Assembly (NCBI RefSeq): GCF_009834535.1
Contig: NC_045698.1
Span: forward strand, 498,001 to 562,000
Length of the DNA: 64,000 bases
Direction: 5' to 3'
From: Camelus ferus
Taxonomy: Eukaryota
Positions 12,901 to 23,700 of the stretch are shown piece after piece (the stretch's first letter is position 1; the number at the start of each line of letters is the position of its first letter). The notes under the pieces are model-generated. The model was given only the letters and a program-made list of their open reading frames with translations. It was not told the origin of the DNA and did not search any database. The translations under genes and the position numbers were made by a program.

Positions 12901-14139
12901 CAGCCCACACTTTGCGTGGACTCCTTGAGAAAACGGGGGAACGTCAGTCTGATATTAAGGAATACGTGCGAGCAGCCCATGGGACTTTCTAGGTGGGATA
13001 ACAGGCTGGTGGTATGGAGACAGAAGTCCCAGACACAGACCGGGAGTCCCACTGAAGGTTCCTGGTGTTTGGGACTTCTAAGGACAGTGTGTGTGTGAGA
13101 CGGCCACAGGGCGGCAGGGTCTTCACGCTGAGGCCGAGGGCCGAGCCCCTGGGGTCCGCCTCTCTCCTCTGCTTTTTTGAAGCTGGAAGGTGCCGTGGTC
13201 AGGCTCGCGTGTCCTTCCCTTTCCCTCTCGCCCACCCACGGCCCCCCTTCTGCACCCCGGGCCCCTCTCCTTGGCCAGCAGTGAGGTCTCCCAGGCCAAG
13301 AAGCGGGCAGTGTGGCCATCTCCCTGCTGAGGAGGGCCTGATGCGGGCACAAACACCCTGCTTCTGGAAACTGGTTCCAGTGCCCAGTGGGCAGCAGCAC
13401 AGCTCGTCCACTGGTGCTAAGGTGTGGCCCCCTCTGTGTGGGCCCAGGTTTCCTGGTCGAGTCTCTCGCTACCCTGATGCCCACCCTGAGGGATCCAAGC
13501 AGACATCTCGGCGCCCAGAGCTCTGCCATGGGAGGGGGTCACAAACGTGTGACCTTGGTGGACGGTCTGTGTGGGAGCAGGACTCAGGTGCCTGGTGGAG
13601 GGCGGTGGGCACACACACGCCTCAAGTCCCTCCTTGGGGAAACTCACCATTCCTCTTGGACGACACGGACCGACCGCTTCGTCATGGTGGGAAAGCACGT
13701 GGCCGGGTCTGTGGACCCCCCCTTGCACCCCTGCCAGAAGGCGCCCCCGTGAAACTCTGACCTGTAGCCAGAAGCCCCAGCCAGCAGGCAGACGGAGGAC
13801 GGAGAGGGGATTTCAGGCACCATGACACTGGGGGTGCCGGCCGAGAGTGGGAGTGGGTTGGAGGGCAGGGCCGCGCCATCCCTCGCCTTAGATGGCAGCG
13901 GTGCCGTGAAAGGATACACCGTAGGCAATGTATCTCCAGTTGGGTGGCAGGAAGGGGATGAAGACGCCGAAGGTAGTGAAGGCCAGGAACAGGAACATGG
14001 CCCAGGCTATGGCCTGGAAGAAGTGGAGGGGCCTCGACCAGCCGTTCACCCTGGACAGGCGGGGCGGCAAGGTCTGCGATGCCTTGATGGCTGAGGCCTC
14101 CGGGATGACCCGCCGCAAGCTCCTGGCACAGAAGGGCAT
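907..14139 (-). CDS. ZDHHC11: Palmitoyltransferase ZDHHC11 (DHHC-type), spliced CDS join(14139-13918,7769-7591,7310-7209,5947-5823,5353-5198,3046-2940,2042-2008,940-907), 960 nt, about 319 aa
   Basis: Exons join in frame with GT-AG ends. Translation includes [61 protein letters not shown] (DHHC Cys-rich domain) and KKLSTYDY (TTxE-like). Position next to BRD9 matches known synteny. The last two exons are lower confidence. Confidence 0.88.
1350..1822 (+). mobile_element. Ancient L1M ORF2 fragments
   Basis: A-rich L1-like tracts at about 1350-1450 and 1660-1820. Confidence 0.45.
1841..1940 (+). mobile_element. tRNA-derived SINE (camelid Vic-1-like)
   Basis: A-box-like agctcagtggtag, B-box-like ggttcaatccc, A-rich tail; target-site duplication taa(g/a)gcaagccag(c/t)taag at 1823-1840 and 1941-1958. 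Confidence 0.85.
2008..2042 (-). CDS. ZDHHC11: ZDHHC11 probable 35-nt exon ([12 protein letters not shown])
   Basis: Strong acceptor ttcccacag and consensus donor gtaagt; phase 0 to 2. Size and phase resemble the short C-terminal exons recalled for human ZDHHC11. Confidence 0.65.
2240..2660 (-). mobile_element. Ancient L1M ORF2 3' fragment
   Basis: Minus strand reads catcaaaatgaaaagc...aaaaagggcaaaagacttgaacaag...cattgctggtggggatgtaaaatt, resembling L1M consensus. Confidence 0.7.
2733..2847. repeat. Degenerate (CA)n tract
   Basis: Interrupted CA repeats; similar tracts at 16421-16520 and 25298-25374, and a pure (CA)n at 29496-29520. Confidence 0.8.
2940..3046 (-). CDS. ZDHHC11: ZDHHC11 coding exon 6 ([11 protein letters not shown]...QVGLLQ)
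   Basis: 107 nt; pyrimidine-rich ttccag acceptor, gtacca donor. KKLSTYDY corresponds to the family KKMTTFEY motif. Confidence 0.8.
3553..3587. repeat. (GGTTTT)n simple repeat
   Basis: gttttgggtttggttttggttttggttttg. Confidence 0.75.
5198..5353 (-). CDS. ZDHHC11: ZDHHC11 coding exon 5 ([15 protein letters not shown]...LLFFHLYL)
   Basis: 156 nt; TM segment; catcag acceptor, gtacgc donor. Confidence 0.9.
5823..5947 (-). CDS. ZDHHC11: ZDHHC11 coding exon 4 ([15 protein letters not shown]...ADQHYR)
   Basis: 125 nt; hydrophobic TM segment; ccgcag acceptor, gtacgt donor; frame consistent. Confidence 0.9.
7209..7310 (-). CDS. ZDHHC11: ZDHHC11 coding exon 3, contains the DHHC catalytic motif (7258-7247)
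   Basis: 102 nt; [33 protein letters not shown]; ttccag acceptor, gtgagg donor. Confidence 0.95.
7591..7769 (-). CDS. ZDHHC11: ZDHHC11 coding exon 2 ([10 protein letters not shown]...CHLCEVT)
   Basis: 179 nt; ctgcag acceptor with a U12 branch sequence upstream; gtgagt donor. Confidence 0.93.
8168..8225. repeat. (TCTGTC)n-like simple repeat
   Basis: tctgtctctg units. Confidence 0.75.
10301..10424 (+). repeat. Copy 1 of a dispersed direct repeat (about 100-120 bp)
   Basis: 10324-10424 aligns to 12035-12135 at roughly 90 percent identity by eye. Confidence 0.85.
10795..11105 (+). mobile_element. MaLR solo LTR (MLT1-like)
   Basis: tgtgtcccc...gaagtcctgaccccc...tggggtctttgcagatgatcaagttaagatgaggtc...ccagaactgagagacaatac...tttaagc. 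Confidence 0.75.
12011..12135 (+). repeat. Copy 2 of the dispersed direct repeat
   Basis: See copy 1. Confidence 0.85.
12365..12800 (+). mobile_element. Ancient L1M ORF2 fragment in ZDHHC11 intron 1
   Basis: aaagaaagaaggtctaaaatcaatgatctaagcttccaccttgagaaa...aatttgacaatttagatgaaat resembles L1 ORF2. Confidence 0.7.
13918..14139 (-). CDS. ZDHHC11: ZDHHC11 coding exon 1 ([10 protein letters not shown]...NWRYIAYG)
   Basis: 222 nt. The ATG directly follows an acceptor-like ttcccgttgtcttgcag. Ends at the U12-type donor GTATCCTTT. Confidence 0.9.
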
Positions 14140-17100
14140 CTGCAAGACAACGGGAAGCATGGCTGGCCAAGCACTCCTGCCCACGGTGCGTGTGGCCTGG
14201 GGAGACCCTGGGGCTGGAGCCACCGCCTAGCATCTCCCAGGGTGGCTTGTGGTGACAGTGTCCCCCGGGCCCCAGGCAGGCAGCTACCATCCCTCAAGGC
14301 AGGGGACCACCTCCAGCAGCGAGTCAGGGAGGGTTTACAGGGCACAAGGACTCATCAGAAGACCGTTCAGGTGCAGGGGGTCCACGTCAGAAAGAGGCCC
14401 TCCTCCCAGGGCACCAGCAGTTGTGCAGGAAAAGCCAGCTTCCGCTGGTGTGACGCGAACACGTGTCCACCAGGGGCCCTGCACGTTTCCCTGGAGCCAG
14501 GGGAGAGGCCACATTTCCAGGGTCCTGCAGTTCTTTCTGCAGGGACGGGGCCTCCGGGCACCTGGGAGTCCCTGGCTGTGGCAGCTGGGAGGGACCATGG
14601 CACTTCTGGCCAGTCAGGTGGTCAGGGCTGCCGAGAAGGGGGACCGTGGAGTCAGGGAGACTGTGGGGTGTTTGGGGTGTCGGAGGAGGTGGGTGATGCT
14701 ACCAGCTGCCATAGGTGGAACTTTGAGGAGTTTTAGAAAACTTTGCCCCATTAGGGCCTGTACGCAGCCTTCACTGTCTCTTTAGCATGAAACACAGAGA
14801 AAAAGTAGTTGATAAAAATGTGTTACTTTGGGAAGAGACAGGAATGTTGAGAAGTATGCTTCGCCTCCTCTTCTGTGGGCTGTGAATTGCCCCGGGGAGC
14901 GTCCCGAGAGTGGGCTTGAGCGGCCGGCCCCTGCTGTTGGTTGTCCACCCTGGTTCTCTGGATGTGACACTGTGTGGAGACGCAGCCACGTGCGCCTCAG
15001 GGAGACGGGCGACTTCAGTTTCATGAAACAAGACCAAGGCATCAGGGGACTAGCGCTCAGGAGGGCCAGCTTGGTTTTCAAACATGAGCCCGAACAGAAA
15101 CACTCAGATGGAGAAACCACCGGCAGGGGAGGTCCTGCCCAGGCGAACCCTGGGGATCCAGGAGGTCGCGCTGAGGGGCCGGCGCGCGTCTCGGGGCAGA
15201 CAGCTGGGGGAGCAGTGCCCCTGAGTGAACTCAAGTGCCGTGGACACAACACAGCACTACACAACGTGGACGCTGAGCTGTTAGGGTTTCTGGATGAGGA
15301 AATGAAGAGGTTCTAAGAGAAGAAACAAAGAGAAAAAGTGAAGAAATGTCTGTCCTGCGAGGAGACCTCAGGTTTTGGACCTAAGCTGTACACCAAGAAT
15401 TAGACCATGAACAAAAGAAATCCACCCACGGTGATGAAAGTGTGAACTTGGAGGAAGCAAGGCCTGCGGACGTCCAGGAGTGGGATGGCCCACCACCGGC
15501 TCTGACTGGCCTCGGGCTTCGTAACGTCTTCAGTCCTAAACTGGACCAGCCGGGCTGTCCCCAAGGGAGCGGGCGGGAAAGGCCTGGGAGGTGTGGAGAC
15601 CCAGGTGCACCAACTCAACCTTTCTGAGAGATTTTCTGAAAAGATTTTCTCCATCAAATCTGGCAAAAATTGTGCTGATACAGCAGAGGGCACAGAGACG
15701 ACTGCGGGTCTGCAGGAAACCCGGCAGAGCTGACCGCTCCCGCTTGGGCCTCGTCTGCCAGCCCCTCGCCAGGCCCACACCACAGTGACCCGACAGGACC
15801 CCAGCCAAACGCAGTGGACACAGACCTGGCGGACCACGGCTGGAGGCCTCTCCTTGCTGGACTCAGTGCTGGAGATCTGGGCCAGCGTGGGTTCTTCCAA
15901 ATCCTGGGAGCTGGGAGGGAGCAGACAGAAGTTTCTCCCTACAGCGCAGGCTGGCACTGCCTCGTCCCACAGCCCCCTCTAGTGAGCACGTGGCCAGGCC
16001 TGAGTAGCACCCCCCGCCGTCTCCCTGTGTGGACAAGGGCCCCCCAGAGGACATGGTCAGAGCCACGCCTGGCTTGTGAGGGCTTGTTCACCTCCCTGCA
16101 CCTCCAGCCACCCCTCCATCCAACATCGTGCAATGTTCACTTGGGGCCAGGCCTTGACCCCAAGATGGACTGTCCCCCACCTGCATCCCTGGGGATGGAC
16201 ACAGTGGTGCATCCTGGTGATGCAGGGTGGCGGAGAGAGGGGTGCCTTGGTGAGGACCCAGGCTGCGGCAGGTGGGCCCGCCTGGCAGAAGGGCCTCAGT
16301 GAGCAACAGCAGGCAGTCAGGAGTCCCGCAACCGCCACACAGAACTGGTCAGGGCCAGCAGGGAGAGGCTCCCTTCCGAACCCGGCCTGAGACGCAGCTG
16401 CACATAGCTGCTGCCTGTGAACACACACACACACCACACACATGCCACGTCCGTCACACACCTCACACGCCCACACACCCACAACCACACACACACACAG
16501 CACACACTACACACACGCACTCTGAGGTTTCTGGGCCCAGTTCTCACTTCTCCACCTTTTCGGAACTATTTCCTGGGCGTGGAAGCTTGGGTCCCCCATC
16601 AGCCACCTCCTCCGCCCTCTGGTGCCCTGTCCTGGTGTCACTTCCTCTGGGACACGTCTGACCGGGCTGTGGGAAGACCACTACGTTGGGCTCGGGGATG
16701 AGCCCTGTCTGGGGCATGCTGGTGCCTGGGTCCCCTCTTTGCCCCAGTTTGATTCCTGACTCGTTTCCTGTCGACCCTGGGTCTCTGGGCTGTTTGGTGC
16801 TGGGGTGACGCTTGAGGTCATTGTCAACTCCATGTGCCCCACACGGCCACGGCCGGGGTCCACAGGCTCCCCACAGGCCCTTGAGCCAGCCATGGTGCCG
16901 GCCAGCCAGGGGCAGGTTGTCCCTGTGTCTCCTGTCCACAGTGCGACATGGCTCCGTCCCACCCTGTCCCCATCCTCCCAGGACGAGGTGCCGGGCTGGG
17001 CGACACCACGACCCCTTCCTTACCTGTCACGGGGCATAGGTCCCAGCGGCTTCTGGAACTGTGCTGCAGCCATGTCCGATGTGGCTGGCCTCTCCAGAGC

Positions 17101-19994
17101 GGAAAAGCACAACTACCTTTGCGCAGTCCAGGCGCAAGTGAGAGGGCTGGGCCTCCCGGTGGACACTTGGACAGCACCCAGGAAGCATCATAAAGCTGAG
17201 GCCCCGCCCCTGGGGACACATCACAGTCAGTTGCAGGGGCAGAGCGGGGCGGTTGAGGGGGGATGGGCCCAAGAGCTCCTGGGGGAGAGACCCCCACCAC
17301 CCCCACGGTCCCTCAGTTAACTTCAGCCCTCAGTTAACAGCTGGAGTCTGTTTCGGTGGCTCATGGGGTGGGGGGGAGGGCGGCCAAGGCGTCTGTCCCA
17401 ACTTTGCTCCTCACGCTTGACCCCATCAGCTGGTTTTGCTCCAGGAGCTGAGATCCAGGCTCTGTCCAGGGTGCGGTGCCTCCGGGTCACCCCGGGTAGT
17501 GTGGCACAGACAGTGCCACCCAAGCCTGCTGCCCGGCTGCCCCCTCTGTGGCCACGAAAGGGCAAAAGCAGAAGGCAAGTTGGGGAGCGTGGGGACGTGG
17601 ACACTGAGCTGAGCGGGCAGCTCAGGCCAGGACGGCCAGCCCACTGGGTCAGGCGTCTCCTGTCTGGGTCTCAGTTCCTAAGCTCAGGAGATCCCTGGCC
17701 CCTGCCTGTGGGGTCTGAGGGCTCCTGCCTGAGGGCCTGAATGTGAGTTCATCATCGATGCCCCCCCTTCCCCAGGGGGACAGGGATGGTGGATGGAGGT
17801 GTGTCCGCTCTCCCTCCACAGAGGCGTGCCCCACAGGCCCCATCTGCCTGGGCCGTCTCGGAGGTAGAAGGCCGGCCAAGCCGTCTGAAATGTGGTGCTG
17901 CAGCCCTGCCGCCTGGTGCCCGTGGCGGCCAGCGGTCGGCCTCCCGAAGGGCAGCTCGGCCTGGCCTGGACGGACAGAGGCACAAGGCGAAGGAAGCCAG
18001 CAGATTTCGAGACCCTCTGTGTGGGATCGAGGACCATGAGGGAAGGGGCTTCTCCGTGGGTGGGGCCCAGGGCCTCTCTGCTGGCGGGGAGCCAGGCCCA
18101 CCGGGCTGGCGCTCCAGGTCAGTCCTGCACCACCCAGCCCGCCCAGCCTCACCGTCCTGCTCACCTGGGGCTCCATTTCCTCAGACCACAGTCGTGCCCT
18201 TGGCCCAAGAGCACCGTCCTCAGAGAAAGCCTCCATCAGGACGGCAGGGATGCGTCCCTGGAGGCCATGGCTGGCGTGGGCGGGCAGGAGGAGCTGAGGG
18301 CCCAGATGCCTCTGACACCACCAGCCTGGGACCCAAGGAATCAGGGCTGCCTGCTCACAGCACCTGCCTGTGGGCAGGCCTGGGCAGAGCTCAGCTGCGC
18401 TGCTCCCCACCCAGAAGCCCCTTCCCAGGAGGTGGGAGCCAGGACAGTATCAGACAGCCTCCAATTCGCCGTTGTCCACGGTGTTGCCCACAATCCAGCC
18501 CTGAGAAACGTCCCAGGCCCCGAGAAACCCAGCTGACCATGCAGCAGAGGCCCCAGGCTGTGGGGGAGACCAGAACCAGGCTCTCTGGTAACTGAAAACA
18601 CAGGCGCCCGCAGAAAGGGCAGCTAACCGCCAGGCGCTGCTCCGACCCCAGCAGACCTGTGTGTCTACATCCTGCACAGAACACGCTTCTCCAGACACAT
18701 GCAGGGGGTCGATGACCTCAACGCCAGGTGCCCCCCAAGTCCAGCCAGCCCCAGGGCGGCTCCCGCGACTCTGAAGGAGGCCACCAGGAATATACCAAGT
18801 CTGCAGAAGGTGCGGGCCTCCCAGCTGACCTGGCGCCCGGTGGCCTCAGCTGCTCACACCTTTGAGAAATGACTGTCCTTCAGGGGTGACCTTGCTCCAT
18901 GAAAATAACTAGAAGCTACAAAATCAGGGCCTGCTCAGCACGCAAATCTGCGAAGCCATGACCCCCACCCGGGGCGACCAAGCCTTTCCCTGCACTACGT
19001 GTGTCCGGGCAGCATCAGACCCACCTACCTGGCTCCCGGGAGCTGCAGTGTGCCCTTCCGTCCCCAGCACAGACCCGCCACCTCGTTCTCAGAGTGACTG
19101 AGCAACAGGCCCGGAGTCCAGGTTGCTCACACCTTTCGTTGTAAGTCATGCTCAAGCCTGCTCGGCCACGTCCGAGGTCCAGAAAAAACACTCCTCACTG
19201 TGGGGGTCTTCACCGCAGGTGAGGTGCAGGCGGGCAGCAGTGGATGGAGGTGGAGCACAGTCCTGGCGCTCACGCACGCCCTTGCTAGTCTGTTCTCGGT
19301 GAGGCGTGGTTTCCACCTCCCGGCACTGCCCTCCTCGGCGAGTCGAGTCCCCTGGGCTGAGGCACCTGAGGGCCTGCTGGGCTGGCCTGAGGCCAACGCC
19401 TGGCCAGTGTGGCCCCGAGGCCCCTCCACCCCGGCCACCTGGATAGCCATTCTGATCCCCAGAGTGTCTGTGTGTGGGTGCCGGCTGGGGTCCTGCCGGT
19501 GTCCTTAGGAAGATGCCCCACCTCATGGCTGCGACACCCCTCGGGTGTGCCCACGGCTTGCTTGGGTCCAGAGGCAGAAGCCTCTCCCATGCTTGGGTGG
19601 GGGGCGTGTCCACTCTGTCTGACGTAGCCCTTAGGGTGGAGCCCACACCCCCGGGGAGTCTGGGCCTCACAGCCCAGCACAGCCCTACCCCCAGTCACGC
19701 CAGCACAGACTGGAGAACTCAGGCTGCGGGCCAGGGAGAAGCAGGGCTCCGAAGGGGCCCCAGGACCCATGCCCACAAGGCTGCACTGTGGGGCCCCGCC
19801 TTCTGAGTCCGGTGGTGGCAGAGCCACTCTGGACATCACTGCAATGCCAGGAACTGGGCCAGAAGCCGAGAGACGGCAGGAGACACCGGGAGGAAGGAGC
19901 ACCTCCAACCTACATGATAGGTTTTTACTCAAGTCACTCAAGTGGACACCGAGCGACGCTGTGAATAACCACGTGCAATCACACAGTGAATCTT

Positions 19995-20000
19995 TTTATT
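19995..20000 (-). terminator. Probable BRD9 polyadenylation signal AATAAA
   Basis: tttatt on + about 645 nt after the stop, followed by GT-rich sequence on the - strand. Confidence 0.7.
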
Positions 20001-20154
20001 AAGATCTGTATGTATATTCTGCACACACAAACAGGCATCCAGTAAACACATCCAGAACAAAGGGCGTGTTACGGACACCTAACACTTGGTCGTACCCGGC
20101 AGGACAGGCCCGTCTTCCCACAGAATGCACTCCTCCCCTCACACGCGGGTTAAA

Positions 20155-20173
20155 AGGCCACCAGGGGGCGCTG
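20155..20173 (+). promoter_or_regulatory. Consensus CTCF-binding motif in BRD9 3' UTR
   Basis: aGGCCACCAGGGGGCGCTg matches the canonical TGGCCACCAGGGGGCGCTA at 17 of 19 positions. Confidence 0.65.
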
Positions 20174-20645
20174 CCCCACCTCCCGTCTGTCCCAGGCTAG
20201 GAGGGGTGGCCACCCTCCCTCCCACATAACCCTCGAGACCTGCCTTAGAAATGTGGGGACATGGGAGGACAAAGAACAGGCAGGACCCCCAACGGGACAG
20301 AGACAGAACCACCCACGTCTACTTCCTGAGGGCCGCTCACGGAGGGCGTGGGGCAGGACCGGTGCGTCCAGAGGAGGACCTCACCGACCCTGAGGAGCTC
20401 GGACACAGACCACACCAGCTTTTCCGAATCTGGTCTCACACCCTTTATGAGTGACCTCCGCAGCTCTCTGCAGGAACACTGCACCCCTGCGTGGCTGACA
20501 GGACCTCAGGGACACTCACCACCTCCCCGGGGCTGCTTCCCGCACGCCCAAGGGGACAAAACCAAACTTTTTGTCTCGTGACAAAAACTCTGTACATGCA
20601 AATAAAAACTTAAAAAATAAACACTCATCAGTGACCACTACAAGG

Positions 20646-20746
20646 CTAGTTCTTCGTGGAGGCCGCAGGTTCTGGAGACTGAAGAAATTCGTACGGGTCG
20701 TGGGTCACCTCTGGCTGCTCCCCGACACTGAGGCGAGAAGGGCTTC
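20646..20746 (-). CDS. BRD9: BRD9 exon 16 CDS ([36 protein letters not shown])
   Basis: 101 nt; ttgcag acceptor; TAG at 20648-20646. Confidence 0.95.
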
Positions 20747-23700
20747 CTGCAATTGTGGGAAGACAGACACTTCACCCCAAGGATCTCCACACGCCCTCGT
20801 GGCCCAGGAGGCCCGTGTGTCTGCAGGACCACAGCTGCCAGAGCCCAGGCCAGCAGAGCGTCTCAGCCACAGAGCCACGGCTCCCAGGGTCCAGGCCACC
20901 CCTCACTGCTCCCGGGAGGGGCAGAGGGCGTCTCTCCCCAGCAGTGGCCATGGCCACCCTACAGAAAGCACTCTGCCTTGAGCCTCCACACAGCACGGCT
21001 GCTGCTTCCGCAGGAACGAGGGCTCCTTGGCCAGGGGCCCTGCAGACAAGTCCGAGCCCTTAGCAGCTCCAGGGTCACTGAGTCCACTAGGATCCTGCAG
21101 TCCCCATCCCTGGAGCTGACCCAGGATCACCTGGAAGCTCCTCTGCGTGCCACCTCTCACAAGGGTAACAGGCCCAAAGATGCTGGTCCTTATTCAAACC
21201 GTTTTCAGCCAAATCCCTACAGTTGATCATCCACCTCACCCCAAACACGTCAAGATTTACTGTGTGCGAGAGTAGCTGAGCACTTGTGCCTGGGGGCTGA
21301 GACAGCGGCTCAGGGACACACCACCAAGCTCATTCACGGGGCCAGGGGACAAGTGTCTGCCGCCCTTCCTGGCGGGGCTGTGACACCCCTGCAGGGGCCT
21401 GAAACAGCTGCCCGCCCTCGCTCAGTAACCATGGGGTCCCCAGCCCAGGAAAGGTCATGAGCTCTCCCCAAGAGAGGGTCCTGGAGGAGCACGCCTGTCC
21501 ACACGATGCTCCAGGACGGAAAGCAGGAACAGCAGAGAGAAACCCACGCTCCCGATGCCCAGCTCCGAGAGGCCGCCGGGCCCACAGCCTCGGCCCTGGA
21601 CACAACCCACAGACCGCCAGCACCTGGACCCGCACCCGTGCAAGGCTGACTCCATTCGAACCCGCACCTCGGGGCAGCCGTGGTGATCTGCTGTGACCAG
21701 GGGCCAGGGCCCTGCCTGCGGACTTGCACCGGGCACCCACAAGAGCCCCGGCTTTCCAGGACCCTCCCGGTGCCCCTCACCCAGGTGGTGCTGGTCCCTG
21801 TCGGAGGCGTTGGACAGGGAGCTGAGGTTGGACGACGGCCGGGAGCCCCCGCGCTCCACCTGTGCCTCGTGCAGGTCCTGCAGGAGCTTTGCCGTCTCGT
21901 CCAGGTTCAGGTGGCCGTCATCAGGGTCCAGCTCCTTCTTCACCTTCCCTGAAAACATGGGACGACGGCATGGGCCCAGCCTGGCCTGCACTTCCGGTCC
22001 ACAGCGTGGGCCTCACTGTCACCATGCACCCCGAGTGGAGCCGGGCACGGGGAGAGCCTGGAGGCCGGGCGGCACAGCCCACGATGGGGTGGGCGGCAGC
22101 CGCAGCACCACGTCGCATCTAAGCCTCCGGACACAGAGGCGCCGCTCTCCTGTCCTGAGCAGGAGGAAGCAGGGCGGTGAGCAGAGGAGGCCCTGCAGAC
22201 ACCAGGCAGGCACAGGCCCGCCTGGGCGAGCTGGGACCCCTAGGGGCTGGGTTGGGGGGGTCCAAGAGCCCCCAGGAGGGTGCGGCCTGCACTGGACACC
22301 GGCTCTGCTCCACCCCGAGAACGCCTCAAACAATAGCTGGACCGGGTCTGGCGTTTCAGGTGCCTAACGGCCTGTCAGGACAGGCCCACTGCACCCAAAG
22401 GCGTGCAACCAACCTCACGCCCAACAGGTAGCCCCCGAGTCTGACCCCCGAAAAACCACAACCAGACAGGCGGAGAAGCAGGGATGTGCGGCCCCCCCAG
22501 GAAGGAACCTCGCAAACGAGATGTGGGGACAGCACCGGGGACACGTGCCACGTGTTCAAAAAGGCAGAGGACACGTGACGAGGTGAGACGGGGAAGGTGC
22601 AGGAAAGCCAGCGGGAGTGGTGTCTGCAGGGGCCCCGGGGGCTGAGCTGGTCACCGTGGAAGGCAGGCCCCGGGCCTGCAGGCCACCGCACGGGGCAAGC
22701 AGCAAAGCAGAGAAAAAAAGGCCTGAGGCAAATGGGCAGAGTCAGGGGCCCAGCGGATGAAGAGACGACAGCCAAACCCCCACATCTGACAGAAGCCACA
22801 GCCCTCCGGGTCCGACAAGCTCAGCACAATCCAAGAAGAGCAAACCAGGAGAGCAGACTGGGGCCCGCACGACCCAAGCTTCCGGAGACGAGTGGTCAAG
22901 AGGAAGACTCAGACGCAGCCAGAGAAAAGGCAGAGTCGGTGAGAAGGCACAGCCGGCCCAAGAGGGGACTCCCACCTGCGCGACTGAGGGGCGGGCTGTG
23001 GCCAACCGCCGTGCAGCCCATGTGCGCTGTGCCAGTCACCCGCTGGCACCCCCCGCGTCTGGGCTCGGGGCAGGCCAGGCAGGCGGCGCACCCGCGGACT
23101 CCCGCCAACCCACCCCGCAGCCTGTGTTCTCCGCTATTGTAGCCGTGGCCGTGACTACGTGCCGAGTCCCGGGGAGTCACCAAAGCTGGGGTGGTCCCTG
23201 GTCAGCTGGGAAAATAGGAGACGACAGGTGGTGACTGGAACCCCACTGGGCCAGTAGCTGCACTGAGCACGGAAGGTCCAAACACTCCCACCCACAGGCG
23301 GAGGCTGTCAGGCTGGGTGGTGGCAGGACATGGCCTGTGCCTTCTGAAACGGTCTCACGGACGCCCTGCTGACCGAGGGCGGTCCTCCAACCCTGGCCTC
23401 AGTGACCTCTGGCGCTGCCCTGGGGCCTGAGAGTGTTCAGCAACATCTCCGGCTTCTCCCCAGTTGACGCCAGAAGCTCCAGATCCCATGTGACCCCAAA
23501 GATGTCTCCAGACAGGCTGTCGGGGAGACCACTGCGGCAGCACACAGCGTGTCCAGCAGGCCTGGGGGGAGGAGGCTGCAGCACGAAAACCCCTGGTCCC
23601 CAGGAGTGGGGTGGCTGTGCCAGTGGTGGGCGAGGGGGTCTACGGGGAGCATAGAGGCACCTCCCCCGAGGGGGTCGGCCAGGGACCACACACAACCGTG

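Noticed and set aside
14703..18908. Same hexapeptide GQSFLK in two exon-like segments (about 14732-14749 and 18861-18878)
   Set aside because: One 6-residue match among all frames of several kb is expected by chance, and the flanks do not align.
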